DNA of 64,000 nt, from the NCBI GenBank assembly GCA_965205015.1, contig OZ242029.1:5024001-5088000 (forward strand), written 5' to 3'. Position numbers and translations under genes: made by a program. This DNA comes from Candidatus Poribacteria bacterium. Lineage in GTDB: Bacteria; Poribacteria; WGA-4E; WGA-3G. Shown here piece by piece: positions 8,851 to 17,213 of the stretch. The notes under the pieces were generated by a model. It saw only the letters and a list, made by a program, of their open reading frames with translations. It was not told the origin of the DNA and ran no database searches. Numbering within the stretch: the stretch's first letter is position 1; every line of letters begins with the position of its first letter.

Positions 8851-9098
8851 AGACAATAACATATAAAGGATACACTGCGGAAATTATCTATAGTGACGAG
8901 GATGATTGCTTTGTTGGTCATATCATCAATATTGATGCCATTGTTGGTTTTCATGGCGATACTGACGAAGAATTGCGCGACGCTTTTGAAAACATGGTAG
9001 AACTTTACATCGAAACCCTTGAGGCACCAGAAAACGCGCCGCAAAAGCATGATGCTGGTGGTTTTTGGGCACGCCTACGTGAAGTTTTCCATCTGTAG
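8847..9098 (+). CDS. hicB: HicB family antitoxin, short form without RHH/HTH domain
   Basis: YKGYTAEI.Y..ED..FVG.I..I...V.FHGDT..EL..AF...V..Y. ATGA overlap with hicA. Confidence 0.85.
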   Translation: MKTITYKGYTAEIIYSDEDDCFVGHIINIDAIVGFHGDTDEELRDAFENMVELYIETLEAPENAPQKHDAGGFWARLREVFHL

Positions 9099-9167
9099 AA
9101 ATACCACCTTCGCTATTTACACTTGAGCGGGTTAGTTCTGGTTCACGCAAGGGAATTCTACCTATAC

Positions 9168-11126
9168 ATGGAAGGCGACCATGTGAAAAAAAGACGACAT
9201 CACTCCCACATCGGAACTGAAACGACCTCGCTCCTTCCGCCGCTCACCATCGGCGTGGCTCTGATCCTTCTCAACGCGTATTGGATCGCCTTCGTCAGTG
9301 GTATCCATCACTCCCTGAATCCTGCTTATGCCTCCCTGTTTATCGCCCCAATCGTCAACCTCTTTTTTCTCCTGTTAATCAATACACTGCTGAAACGGAT
9401 CCGTCCACAACTCGCTTTGAGCCGCGCCCAACTCCTCTTGGTCTATCAGATGTTGGTCATGCTATGTGTCGTCTCCGGACACAACCCGATGGACTTCATT
9501 CTTGGAATCCTCGCGCATCCGTTCTGGTTCGCTACCTTTGAAAACGAATACGCAACACTTTTCCATCGGTATATCCCGACTTGGTTCACGGTTCAAGATA
9601 AAGGCGCGCTCACCGGTTTTTTTGAAGGGAACTCGACCTTATACACACCGAGACACCTACTCGCATGGATCGGTCCTGTGCTGCTTTGGTCGTTTGTCAC
9701 ATTCGTTCTCTTTTTCATCTTGATGTGCTTCAACAGCATCCAGCGTTTGCAATGGAGCGAACGGGAACGACTCAGTTATCCGATCGCACAACTCCCGATA
9801 GAGATGACGACCCCCCGCTTTTTTTCGAGAAGATTATTGTGGCTTGGGTTTAGTATCTGTGCCGTGATAGAACTCCTCAACGGACTCCACTTTCTCTATC
9901 CGTTTGTGCCGGGTGTGCCGCTTAAAATACCCGATTTTGGGGCGAAAATCTTTACGGCGAAACCTTGGAACGCGATTGGATGGTTACCGCTCTTCTTTTA
10001 TCCTTGGGTCATCGCATTGACGTTCTTTGTGCCGCTCGAACTCTCATTTTCAGTGTGGTTTTTCTTTCTATTTACAAAATTTCAGTTGATTGTCGGGAGC
10101 ATCGGCGGCTGGAAATCGCTGCAAGGGTTTCCGTATTACAATCAACAGGGAATCGGGGCATGGTTGACCCTTGGAATTCTCATCTTATGGACGAGCCGCA
10201 AGCATCTCAAGGCAGTATTTACGACGGCTTTGAAGCCTCTTGGAAACAGGGCGACCCCCGCCAGTAATGAACCGTTTCACTATCGCACGGCACTGCTCGG
10301 CATCTTGGTAGGTACTGCGATCCTCGTTATCATTTTTCAACAGGCTGGTATGTCCGTTGGAATTCTCCTCGCCTTCCTATGCCTCTATTTCCTCATGTCT
10401 ATCGCGATAACATACGCGCGGGCGGCGGTCGGTGTGCCGTATCATGAAGTCATTTGGACGCATCCGCCGCTGATGATCGTCTCGGTTTTAGGCACACGAC
10501 GGACGGGTGCGGCGAATTTGACGCTTTTCTCTTTCTTATATCCGTATGTTCGCGACAACGTCTCGCACCCAATGCCGAGTCAGTTAGAAGGGTTCAAAAT
10601 CGCCGAACGCGCCCCGGTTTCCCAGAGAAAGATGGCGATCGCTATGATAGTCGCCCTATTGGTTGCCATCCCTGTCTCTTTCTGGGCGTATTTGCACCTC
10701 ATCTATCAACACGGCGCAGTGCGAACTGAGGGGTATATTATTGGCATCGGTATTGAAACCTTTGAACGTATGCTACTCCCATGGTTACAACAGTCACACG
10801 CGACAGATAGCACGGGATTGAGTTTCACTGCGTTCGCCTCGCTGTTTACGTTGGGATTAATGTTTCTGAGAAGACAGTTTATCTGGTTCCCTTTCCACCC
10901 AACGGGTTATGCACTCGGTTTATCTGCGGGGATGGTTTGGGTCTGGAGCGCGATCTGTGTGGGTTGGATCATCAAGGCGGTTCTCCTCAAATTCGGGGGG
11001 TTACGCATCTACCGGAAGGCGGCTCCATTCTTTGTCGGCGTGGTTCTGGGTGACTTTCTGATCGGAACGTTTTGGAGTTTAGTGGGTGGGATTTTTGGGA
11101 TACCCGTCTATCGGGTTTGGTATTAA
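9168..11126 (+). CDS. Large multi-pass membrane protein (DUF6785/DUF6784-like, OPT-like peptide transporter)
   Basis: Many TM segments; QWSERERLSYPIAQLP, WFPFHPTGYA, KFGGLRIYRKAAPFFVGVVLGD. Start uncertain (ATG 9168 or GTG 9183). Confidence 0.7.
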   Translation: MEGDHVKKRRHHSHIGTETTSLLPPLTIGVALILLNAYWIAFVSGIHHSLNPAYASLFIAPIVNLFFLLLINTLLKRIRPQLALSRAQLLLVYQMLVMLCVVSGHNPMDFILGILAHPFWFATFENEYATLFHRYIPTWFTVQDKGALTGFFEGNSTLYTPRHLLAWIGPVLLWSFVTFVLFFILMCFNSIQRLQWSERERLSYPIAQLPIEMTTPRFFSRRLLWLGFSICAVIELLNGLHFLYPFVPGVPLKIPDFGAKIFTAKPWNAIGWLPLFFYPWVIALTFFVPLELSFSVWFFFLFTKFQLIVGSIGGWKSLQGFPYYNQQGIGAWLTLGILILWTSRKHLKAVFTTALKPLGNRATPASNEPFHYRTALLGILVGTAILVIIFQQAGMSVGILLAFLCLYFLMSIAITYARAAVGVPYHEVIWTHPPLMIVSVLGTRRTGAANLTLFSFLYPYVRDNVSHPMPSQLEGFKIAERAPVSQRKMAIAMIVALLVAIPVSFWAYLHLIYQHGAVRTEGYIIGIGIETFERMLLPWLQQSHATDSTGLSFTAFASLFTLGLMFLRRQFIWFPFHPTGYALGLSAGMVWVWSAICVGWIIKAVLLKFGGLRIYRKAAPFFVGVVLGDFLIGTFWSLVGGIFGIPVYRVWY

Positions 11127-11154
11127 GGACTGCGGGTGGACCAGATTTTTTAAG

Positions 11155-11183
11155 TTGACACTCCAACCGGTATATGATAGGGT
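11155..11183 (+). promoter_or_regulatory. hicAB promoter (copy 2)
   Basis: aagTTGACAct...tatatgaTAGGGTtaagg matches 8522-8558. Confidence 0.65.
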
Positions 11184-11187
11184 TAAG

Positions 11188-11250
11188 GCAAAGTGGTATC
11201 AAATTAAGCGTGCCCGTAATTTTCTGGAAAAGATAAAAGTAATACCATGA
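11188..11250 (+). pseudogene. hicA: 3' remnant of a second hicA
   Basis: Reads AKWYQIKRARNFLEKIKVIP*, homologous to the hicA C-terminus AHRYHIRDARDFLKRVGITL*, with the same ATGA overlap into hicB. Confidence 0.8.
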
Positions 11251-11498
11251 AGACAATGACATACCGAGGGTATACAGTGGAAATTATCTACAGTGAAGAA
11301 GATGAATGCTTTGTCGGGGATGTTATCAATATTGATGATATCATTTGTTTCCACGGTGATACCGATGAAGAATTACGCGTTGCTTTTGAAGGCGTGGTAG
11401 ATCTCTATCTGGAGGCACTGGAGGAACCAGAGAACCCGCCACAAAAACACTTTGCGTGGCGGTTTCTATCGCGTCTACGGCAAGCCTTCCACTTGTAA
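11247..11498 (+). CDS. hicB: Second HicB antitoxin (orphan)
   Basis: 83 aa, 58/83 identical by hand alignment to 8847-9098. Confidence 0.85.
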   Translation: MKTMTYRGYTVEIIYSEEDECFVGDVINIDDIICFHGDTDEELRVAFEGVVDLYLEALEEPENPPQKHFAWRFLSRLRQAFHL

Positions 11499-11558
11499 AA
11501 GCAGAAGGTTACTCGGCTCAGTACACGAACAAAACCATGAGAATAAGGAATTTTACCG

Positions 11559-12248
11559 GTGAAGACATGTATCATTGTTTTTGCTAAGAATCCGGTGCCG
11601 AACCAAGTCAAGACGCGGCTCGTCCCACCCCTCTCACCGGAACAAGCGGCGACAGTGTATACGGCGTTTCTCACAGATGGGTGTGACACACTCGCCAAAC
11701 TTCCCGAGGTGGACCGCATCATCGCCTATACACCGGCAGGAGCACAATCCGATTTACAAGGGCTTATCAGAGACGATGCCATTTACATCCCACAAATGGG
11801 GGCTGACCTCGGGGAACGGCTCGCCTCGGCAACACAGTGGGCAATTGAACAGGGATATACAAAAATTTTACTCGTCGGGTCCGACAGTCCGACACTACCG
11901 ATTGCTTATGTCACAAAAGCATTCACACTGCTCGACTCGCGTGACGTCACCATCGGACCGAGTACAGACGGTGGCTATTATCTCATCGGCTTTTCGGCAA
12001 CGAACATAGCGACGACCGTCCCGTTTATTTTTCAGGAAATCGCATGGAGCACGGCAGATGTCTTTCAGCAAACAGTGGCACGTATCCGCTCGCTAAAGGG
12101 AACCTTAGGACTCTTACCACCGTGGTATGATATAGATACGGCTGCAGATTTGGCGTTCTTGCACGCTCACATCTCGGCGATGCGACTCGCGGGCGAAACA
12201 GTAGCAGCCGTCAGAACAGAATCACTATTGACAGAACTATTTTCGTAA
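11559..12248 (+). CDS. DUF2064/TIGR04282 family CofC-like transferase
   Basis: IVFAKNPVPNQVKTRL, QMGADLGERL, LVGSDSP, IGPSTDGGYYLIG, WYDIDTAADL. Confidence 0.85.
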   Translation: MKTCIIVFAKNPVPNQVKTRLVPPLSPEQAATVYTAFLTDGCDTLAKLPEVDRIIAYTPAGAQSDLQGLIRDDAIYIPQMGADLGERLASATQWAIEQGYTKILLVGSDSPTLPIAYVTKAFTLLDSRDVTIGPSTDGGYYLIGFSATNIATTVPFIFQEIAWSTADVFQQTVARIRSLKGTLGLLPPWYDIDTAADLAFLHAHISAMRLAGETVAAVRTESLLTELFS

Positions 12249-12272
12249 ACAGTAAGGAAAGGAGACTTAATT

Positions 12273-13004
12273 ATGGGACAATTAGATGGAAAATTTGCGA
12301 TTGTAACGGGTGGAAACCGAGGCATCGGAAGAGGGATTGCGAGAGGGCTTGCTGCTGAGGGCGCGACGCTCACAATCGCCGCAAGGGATGCCGACCTCCT
12401 TGAAGAAACCGCCAACGAATTCCGCGCAAACGGCACAAAAGTGTTGACTGTCCCGACCGATGTAACGGACGAGGCACAGATCAAAGCACTCTTTGAAAAG
12501 TCGATGGACGCGTACGGGCGTTTGGATATCCTCGTCAATAACGCAGGGGCATTCAATGGGGGTCCCATCGGTGAACTCGCAACGGAAGATTGGGATTGGG
12601 TTATTAATGTGAATCTCCGTGCGCCGTTTATCTGTTCACGCGAGGCATTCGCAATTATGAAAGCACAAGGTGAAGGGGGACGTATCATCAACGTCGGGAG
12701 TATCTCTGCGCATCGCGTCCGTCCCCGAACAGCCCCTTACAGTGCGAGCAAATTCGGTATCTGGGGCTTGACCCAGGTAACAGCTCTTGAAGGTAGACCG
12801 TTCGGTATCACAGCGAGTTGTTTGCAACCGGGGAACACTTACGTAGAACGGCACCAAAACCGCCCACAAGCCCCTATGGAACCGATGATGGACGTTGACG
12901 ATCTCGCGCAAGCCGCCGTTCTCATGGCGACGCTTCCGCCGAATATCAATATGCTGGAAGCAACCGTCCTACCGATCGGTCAACTCTATGTCGGGCGTGG
13001 ATAA
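12273..13004 (+). CDS. Short-chain dehydrogenase/reductase
   Basis: TGGNRGIG, NNAG, YSASK. Confidence 0.93.
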   Translation: MGQLDGKFAIVTGGNRGIGRGIARGLAAEGATLTIAARDADLLEETANEFRANGTKVLTVPTDVTDEAQIKALFEKSMDAYGRLDILVNNAGAFNGGPIGELATEDWDWVINVNLRAPFICSREAFAIMKAQGEGGRIINVGSISAHRVRPRTAPYSASKFGIWGLTQVTALEGRPFGITASCLQPGNTYVERHQNRPQAPMEPMMDVDDLAQAAVLMATLPPNINMLEATVLPIGQLYVGRG

Positions 13005-13032
13005 CTTTTTAATTTTACCTTGCGGCGCATTG

Positions 13033-13060
13033 GCGGGCAGGTACAAGACCTGCCCCTACA
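13033..13060 (-). repeat. GTAG REP hairpin (uninterrupted)
   Basis: gggcagg-tacaaga-cctgccc followed by ctac (GTAG on the minus strand). Confidence 0.8.
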
Positions 13061-13115
13061 AGATGCCTATTTATTCCTCTGGTTTACTATTTGTCGTGTA
13101 TATCTCGAATTTGAA

Positions 13116-13197
13116 GAAACACCCAAGCAAAACACCCTGCGCCGTTGTTGCAGGCTGCGTTTTTGGTTAAGAATCGCGAGCACAACTCGCTCTTACA
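13116..13197. repeat. Repeat cluster: variant 21-mer core, TTGTTGCAGGCT repeat and a REP
   Basis: gaaacacccaagcaaaac (13116-13133). ctgcgccgttgttgcaggctgcgtttttggt resembles ctgcgtattgttgcaggctacgtgtctggt at ~2500-2529. gcgag-cacaa-ctcgc-tcttac hairpin at ~13175-13196. Confidence 0.6.
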
Positions 13198-13224
13198 GGA
13201 AAATCTTCACCGATGGAGACAATT

Positions 13225-14445
13225 ATGCAAGTGAATCGGACCCAATTCATGGAACAAGGGTATCTCGTTCTCCGAGAGGTGATCCCACCGGAAGAACTGG
13301 ACGCGCTTCGGGAAAGTTATGAATTAATGGTATCGCGTCAGCGAGATATCTGGGCGCGAGAACGCGGACCGAACGAACCACCGGGCGGTGTTTGGGAGTC
13401 TTCACCACAACCTCGCTTACACCTTGGACGGGGTCCACTCGCAGGGCTTGTCGATGAAAAAACGGCGAGTGCTGTCGAAATTTGGGCACACGAAAACACG
13501 CAAGGTGTCAGCAGTGAACTGCTCGGTGAGGCGGATGCCGGGGTTACTGAGATGATGCTCATGTGCAGTCCCGTCAAAGACTGTGGACCCGCCGCGTGGC
13601 ATCGCGACCATCACCCGATTGATACCGCCCCATTGCAAGGCTATATCGACGATATCGTAGAGACGGGACCGCGCTACGTTCAGTGGAATCTCTCACTCTA
13701 CGACGATAACGTGCTGTGGGTGCTACCGGGGAGTCATCTGCGGGTGAACACCGAAGCGGAAAACGAGCTGCTGCTGGCAGATCCAAAAGTACCATTACCG
13801 GGTGCCGTTCAAACACATCTCAATGCGGGGGATGGTGTCGTTTACATTTTGCCGATCTTACACTGGGGAAGCAACTACAGTCGGAAGATGCGCCGCACGA
13901 TTCACGGTGGATTTGCAAATCATACGCACTATCAAGCGTTCGACTACATAGATTACCTCTCACCGGAAATCCGAGAGATGTTTGATCGGTGGAATGAACG
14001 TAGTCATCAAATGCGGGACTGGACCGAAAGCGCGCTCCGAGCGGCTATAGAAAAGGATGCCACTGCCTACCACGCAGCACTGGAAAACCTCCACCCAAGT
14101 AGAGGCGAAAAGGGGAAGATGTTATCAACCGTCTTTTTGTGCAAAGCCGCCTGTTTCGTGGCACTCGAACACGGCTATGAACTCCCAGAAATCCCGGATG
14201 ACCTTCGGAATCGAGGTAAGGGTTTCCATGCCATTACCCTCAATTGGGGACCGCCCTTCGCCGAACGATTCACGAAAGCGGAAGCCGCTACGCTCTGGGA
14301 GCGCTTTAAGCCACTCGACGCATTACTTAAAACTGACGAAGAGTTGTATCTACCGGGTTTCCAATCCGGTCCGATGCATTACTATTTCAATGAAATGCCC
14401 GCCAATTTCGGTGTCGCAGATTTCATTAAAACGTGGGACCTATAG
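13225..14445 (+). CDS. Phytanoyl-CoA dioxygenase (PhyH) family Fe(II)/2OG enzyme with C-terminal extension
   Basis: QFMEQGYLVLR, WHRD (HxD), PGSH, AGDGVVY...HWG. Start 13225 (after ggag) or 13213. Confidence 0.85.
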   Translation: MQVNRTQFMEQGYLVLREVIPPEELDALRESYELMVSRQRDIWARERGPNEPPGGVWESSPQPRLHLGRGPLAGLVDEKTASAVEIWAHENTQGVSSELLGEADAGVTEMMLMCSPVKDCGPAAWHRDHHPIDTAPLQGYIDDIVETGPRYVQWNLSLYDDNVLWVLPGSHLRVNTEAENELLLADPKVPLPGAVQTHLNAGDGVVYILPILHWGSNYSRKMRRTIHGGFANHTHYQAFDYIDYLSPEIREMFDRWNERSHQMRDWTESALRAAIEKDATAYHAALENLHPSRGEKGKMLSTVFLCKAACFVALEHGYELPEIPDDLRNRGKGFHAITLNWGPPFAERFTKAEAATLWERFKPLDALLKTDEELYLPGFQSGPMHYYFNEMPANFGVADFIKTWDL

Positions 14446-15234
14446 CGGTAAACCGAGCATCCCGCTGAGATAGAAATACGCTTCCTCGGTATAACGCGGC
14501 AGATTCTCTGGATCTTCAACTTCCAACTCCAACGTCAGATCGCCTTGGTAGCCGACCTCTTGGAGCGTTTCGATAATCTGCTTGAGTTTGAGTTCACCGC
14601 GTCCGATACCGACAGATACAGTCCCGAGATGGTCCTTGAGATGTACCGCATAGATACGAGAACCGAATTGACGGATCGCCGCGAGCGTATCAACACCCGA
14701 CGAGTGGAAATGTCCTGTATCTATGCAGACCCCGACCCGTTCGTCAGGAATAGCGTCTAAAAGCGTTTGGAAATCCTCGGGTTGTTCAAGCACATTTCCG
14801 TGGTGTGGTTCAAGCGTCAACTTGATTTGACTCTCCGCGGGCATACGCTGCAACACTTCGCTCACGCAGGAGGCAACCCTGTCCAAGGCACCGGGTTCCG
14901 TTCTCGGTTGTGCACCACTTGTCGTCAGATGTGTTGCCCCGAGTCCTTCAGCGATTTCAACACATCTTGCGATGGCACCTGCGCGTGTGTCAACATCGGC
15001 AGTGTCTTGTCCACCCCATCCGGGCGGATAGAGTCCTGCACACTTCATGCCGGAGGCATCGACCTTCGCCTTCATATCGTTTATGTCAAGGGTATGCGCA
15101 GCGTCAACACTCCAAATAAGCGGTCCATGAATCTCCATCAATCGGTAGCCGATTTGCGGTGCGTATTCCAAAGTCGCGGCGACTTCATCTTCGGCGTAGC
15201 CGCGGTAACAGATAGAAGCACAGATAATGTCCAT
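14440..15234 (-). CDS. Sugar phosphate isomerase/epimerase (xylose isomerase-like TIM barrel)
   Basis: LEPHHG, DTGH, HLKD, LELE metal motifs. Confidence 0.88.
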   Translation of the reverse strand: MDIICASICYRGYAEDEVAATLEYAPQIGYRLMEIHGPLIWSVDAAHTLDINDMKAKVDASGMKCAGLYPPGWGGQDTADVDTRAGAIARCVEIAEGLGATHLTTSGAQPRTEPGALDRVASCVSEVLQRMPAESQIKLTLEPHHGNVLEQPEDFQTLLDAIPDERVGVCIDTGHFHSSGVDTLAAIRQFGSRIYAVHLKDHLGTVSVGIGRGELKLKQIIETLQEVGYQGDLTLELEVEDPENLPRYTEEAYFYLSGMLGLPL

Positions 15235-15297
15235 AAAAATGTCCTTTATTTCAAGTTATCTCAGAAAACTATAAGACCATATATGCAATCTTCCAAA

Positions 15298-15564
15298 CTA
15301 TTGTATCAACCGCATGTATTCGTCGTGTACCCCGATCCAAAACCAGAAGAAAACTCCCTCTTTTTCATAAGCGAGCGTGCGATATTTAGGACCGACTCTT
15401 GCCGACCAATAGGTACGGACCCTCTTTAAGGTTACAGACGGATGCATCGGATTTTGTTTTAGCAGTTCAAAACTCTTGTCGGCAAGCTGCTGAACATGGC
15501 GAGGGAGATCTTGGTAGTGCTTCCGAAAATGCTGAGTTTTTACGTGCTTTATATATCTTCGCAT
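15298..15564 (-). CDS. RelE/ParE-superfamily toxin
   Basis: F.K.Y..LP..VQ..ADK.F.LLK.NP.HPS, WSARVG..YR.LA, WFWIG.HDEY. Confidence 0.8.
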   Translation of the reverse strand: MRRYIKHVKTQHFRKHYQDLPRHVQQLADKSFELLKQNPMHPSVTLKRVRTYWSARVGPKYRTLAYEKEGVFFWFWIGVHDEYMRLIQ

Positions 15565-15860
15565 TTGCCTGCCTGAAAATCGGCAAGTGCCTCCTCGGCG
15601 AATCGATCAAGTTTTCCAGCCTTCACGTCTTCCTCAAACTGTTTATCCCATACTTTCGCCTCCGCTTCATATACTTCTAAAAGATCACGGAGCTCAACTT
15701 CCAGGGTTTTCAATAATTCTTTTTTTGTCTTTTTTTTGCAATTCACCTCCGGTAGTTCCTGTATCCACCCAATCCATCCATCTCCGTTTCTTTCAATATG
15801 GGCTGTATAGGTTTCGCTACATCTCTGTTCTTGGAGATTGACAGTATGAACCTGTGCCAT
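15549..15860 (-). CDS. Antitoxin: HicB-like N-domain fused to a WD..FEED..AGKLD tail
   Basis: YTAHIERNGDGWIGWIQELPEVNC...T..EL...L (HicB-like) plus WDKQFEEDVKAGKLDRFAEEAL. Upstream of and overlapping the toxin. Confidence 0.7.
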   Translation of the reverse strand: MAQVHTVNLQEQRCSETYTAHIERNGDGWIGWIQELPEVNCKKKTKKELLKTLEVELRDLLEVYEAEAKVWDKQFEEDVKAGKLDRFAEEALADFQAGKCEDI

Positions 15861-15895
15861 GGCATGCTCCCTTCGTGTAAAAGTTAGTATACCTT

Positions 15896-15962
15896 ATTGT
15901 ATCCTCTAAAAGGCCTAATTGTCAAGCTATCCTCTTGAAAAATTGAATAGATAGGGTATAAT
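15896..15962. promoter_or_regulatory. Divergent sigma70-type promoters (TA operon and yjbQ)
   Basis: Minus strand TTGACA(15925-15920)-18-TACAAT(15901-15896); plus strand TTGAAA(15935)-16-TATAAT(15957). Confidence 0.5.
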
Positions 15963-16001
15963 AAACAAAATTAATCAGCAAATCAAGGAGTACACTGAAA
16001 A

Positions 16002-16412
16002 GTGATTCAGCACATTGAAATAACCTTACCCGAATATCCGCGCGGTTTCCATCTCGTCACAGATGAAATTATGAAATCGCTCGGTGAATTGCCGAAAGCA
16101 GGTATCCTGCACCTGTTCATCAAGCACACTTCTGCGGGATTGACTATTAACGAAAACGACGACCCGACGGTCCGTGAAGATTTCGCCAACAGCTTTGATC
16201 GTCTCGTCAAGGAACGCGAACCCTTCTACAAACACACCATAGAAGGCGATGACGACATGCCTGCGCATATCAAAGCGTCGCTCGTCGGTTTTACCGTCTC
16301 CGTCCCGATTACGAACCATCAGCTCAATTTAGGCGTCTGGCAAGGCATATACCTGTGCGAATTCCGAAATCGTGGCGGCAGCCGGAATCTAACGGCAACA
16401 CTCTATTCCTAA
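16002..16412 (+). CDS. yjbQ: YjbQ/UPF0047 family protein
   Basis: HTSAGLTINENDDP, DDMPAHIKASL, LGVWQGIYLCEFR. Confidence 0.93.
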   Translation: MIQHIEITLPEYPRGFHLVTDEIMKSLGELPKAGILHLFIKHTSAGLTINENDDPTVREDFANSFDRLVKEREPFYKHTIEGDDDMPAHIKASLVGFTVSVPITNHQLNLGVWQGIYLCEFRNRGGSRNLTATLYS

Positions 16413-16431
16413 CGATACCTCTGTAAGATTC

Positions 16432-17190
16432 CTACAACGCGTTATAGAGTTCTATATGTCTTTGTAGGACCGCCTCGGAATCCGGTGGATTGATGACCTC
16501 AATAGAGACGAACCCGTCGTATCCATCTTCTGCCAGAAGTGTAAGCGAATCTTTCTCCGTGTCCGGTAAGGGTCCACTGTCGCCGAAGTTGACATGCGCA
16601 TGCCGCACCTTGCCGCGTAGATGCACGTAAGCGACATTGACGGGTTCCCCGTGTCGAACATGATGCGCCGCGTGCCAATTCGCGAAGGTGTTCTGTGCTT
16701 CCGCTCGATATAGCGTCTCCGTTACGTAACTCGCGATGAGATTGCCGTGTGTCTCCAAACACAGAGCCACTCCCGCGTCGCCAGCCAAGCCGTCGCAAGC
16801 CCGAATGCCCTCCGCTTCCCAATCCAAAGTTTGGGACACCTCAACAGGGGTTTCTGGTACCCGATCCCCGAAAATCCGAATATTCTTGGCACCCATCGTT
16901 TCGGACAAGTCTATATACCGTTTGAGCAACTCCACCTGTTCGGCGCGTTTTTGGGCGTCCGGGTCTATGAATCGTACCCCAGTCGCGATACAGGAGAGTT
17001 CAACACCACTATCGGCAAATCGGTGGCGCGCCTCCTGAAGCTGCTGGGGGGTCGAATCTAACTCCACGCCGTGCCCGTGATCCCACTCCACACGGAGTTC
17101 TAAGTGTTCGTAATTGTAGTGTTTCGCTTTGTCAATGAGTTCCGCCAGTGTTAACGGCGGACACACAGACGACATAAAACCAAATTTCAT
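16432..17190 (-). CDS. Sugar phosphate isomerase/epimerase (TIM barrel)
   Basis: ELR, IRIFG, LETHG, HAHV, GYDGFVSIE. Confidence 0.82.
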   Translation of the reverse strand: MKFGFMSSVCPPLTLAELIDKAKHYNYEHLELRVEWDHGHGVELDSTPQQLQEARHRFADSGVELSCIATGVRFIDPDAQKRAEQVELLKRYIDLSETMGAKNIRIFGDRVPETPVEVSQTLDWEAEGIRACDGLAGDAGVALCLETHGNLIASYVTETLYRAEAQNTFANWHAAHHVRHGEPVNVAYVHLRGKVRHAHVNFGDSGPLPDTEKDSLTLLAEDGYDGFVSIEVINPPDSEAVLQRHIELYNAL

Positions 17191-17213
17191 ATAAAGCCTC
17201 CAATTTTGTTAGA

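Noticed and set aside
8522-11498. hicB duplicates as arms of a composite transposon carrying the membrane gene
   Set aside because: No transposase, TIRs or TSD, and the copies are substantially diverged.
376-13133. 21-mer copies as CRISPR repeats or a transcription factor site
   Set aside because: Copies are kilobases apart, non-palindromic, and sit inside other repeats rather than at fixed promoter positions.
13020-13322. Small ORFs over repeat-rich intergenic DNA (also 2284-2469 and the 42501 extension of moxR)
   Set aside because: They translate REP/MITE sequence; better starts with an RBS exist downstream.
14767-15429. 220-aa plus-strand ORF
   Set aside because: Antisense to the isomerase and toxin genes, with no motifs.
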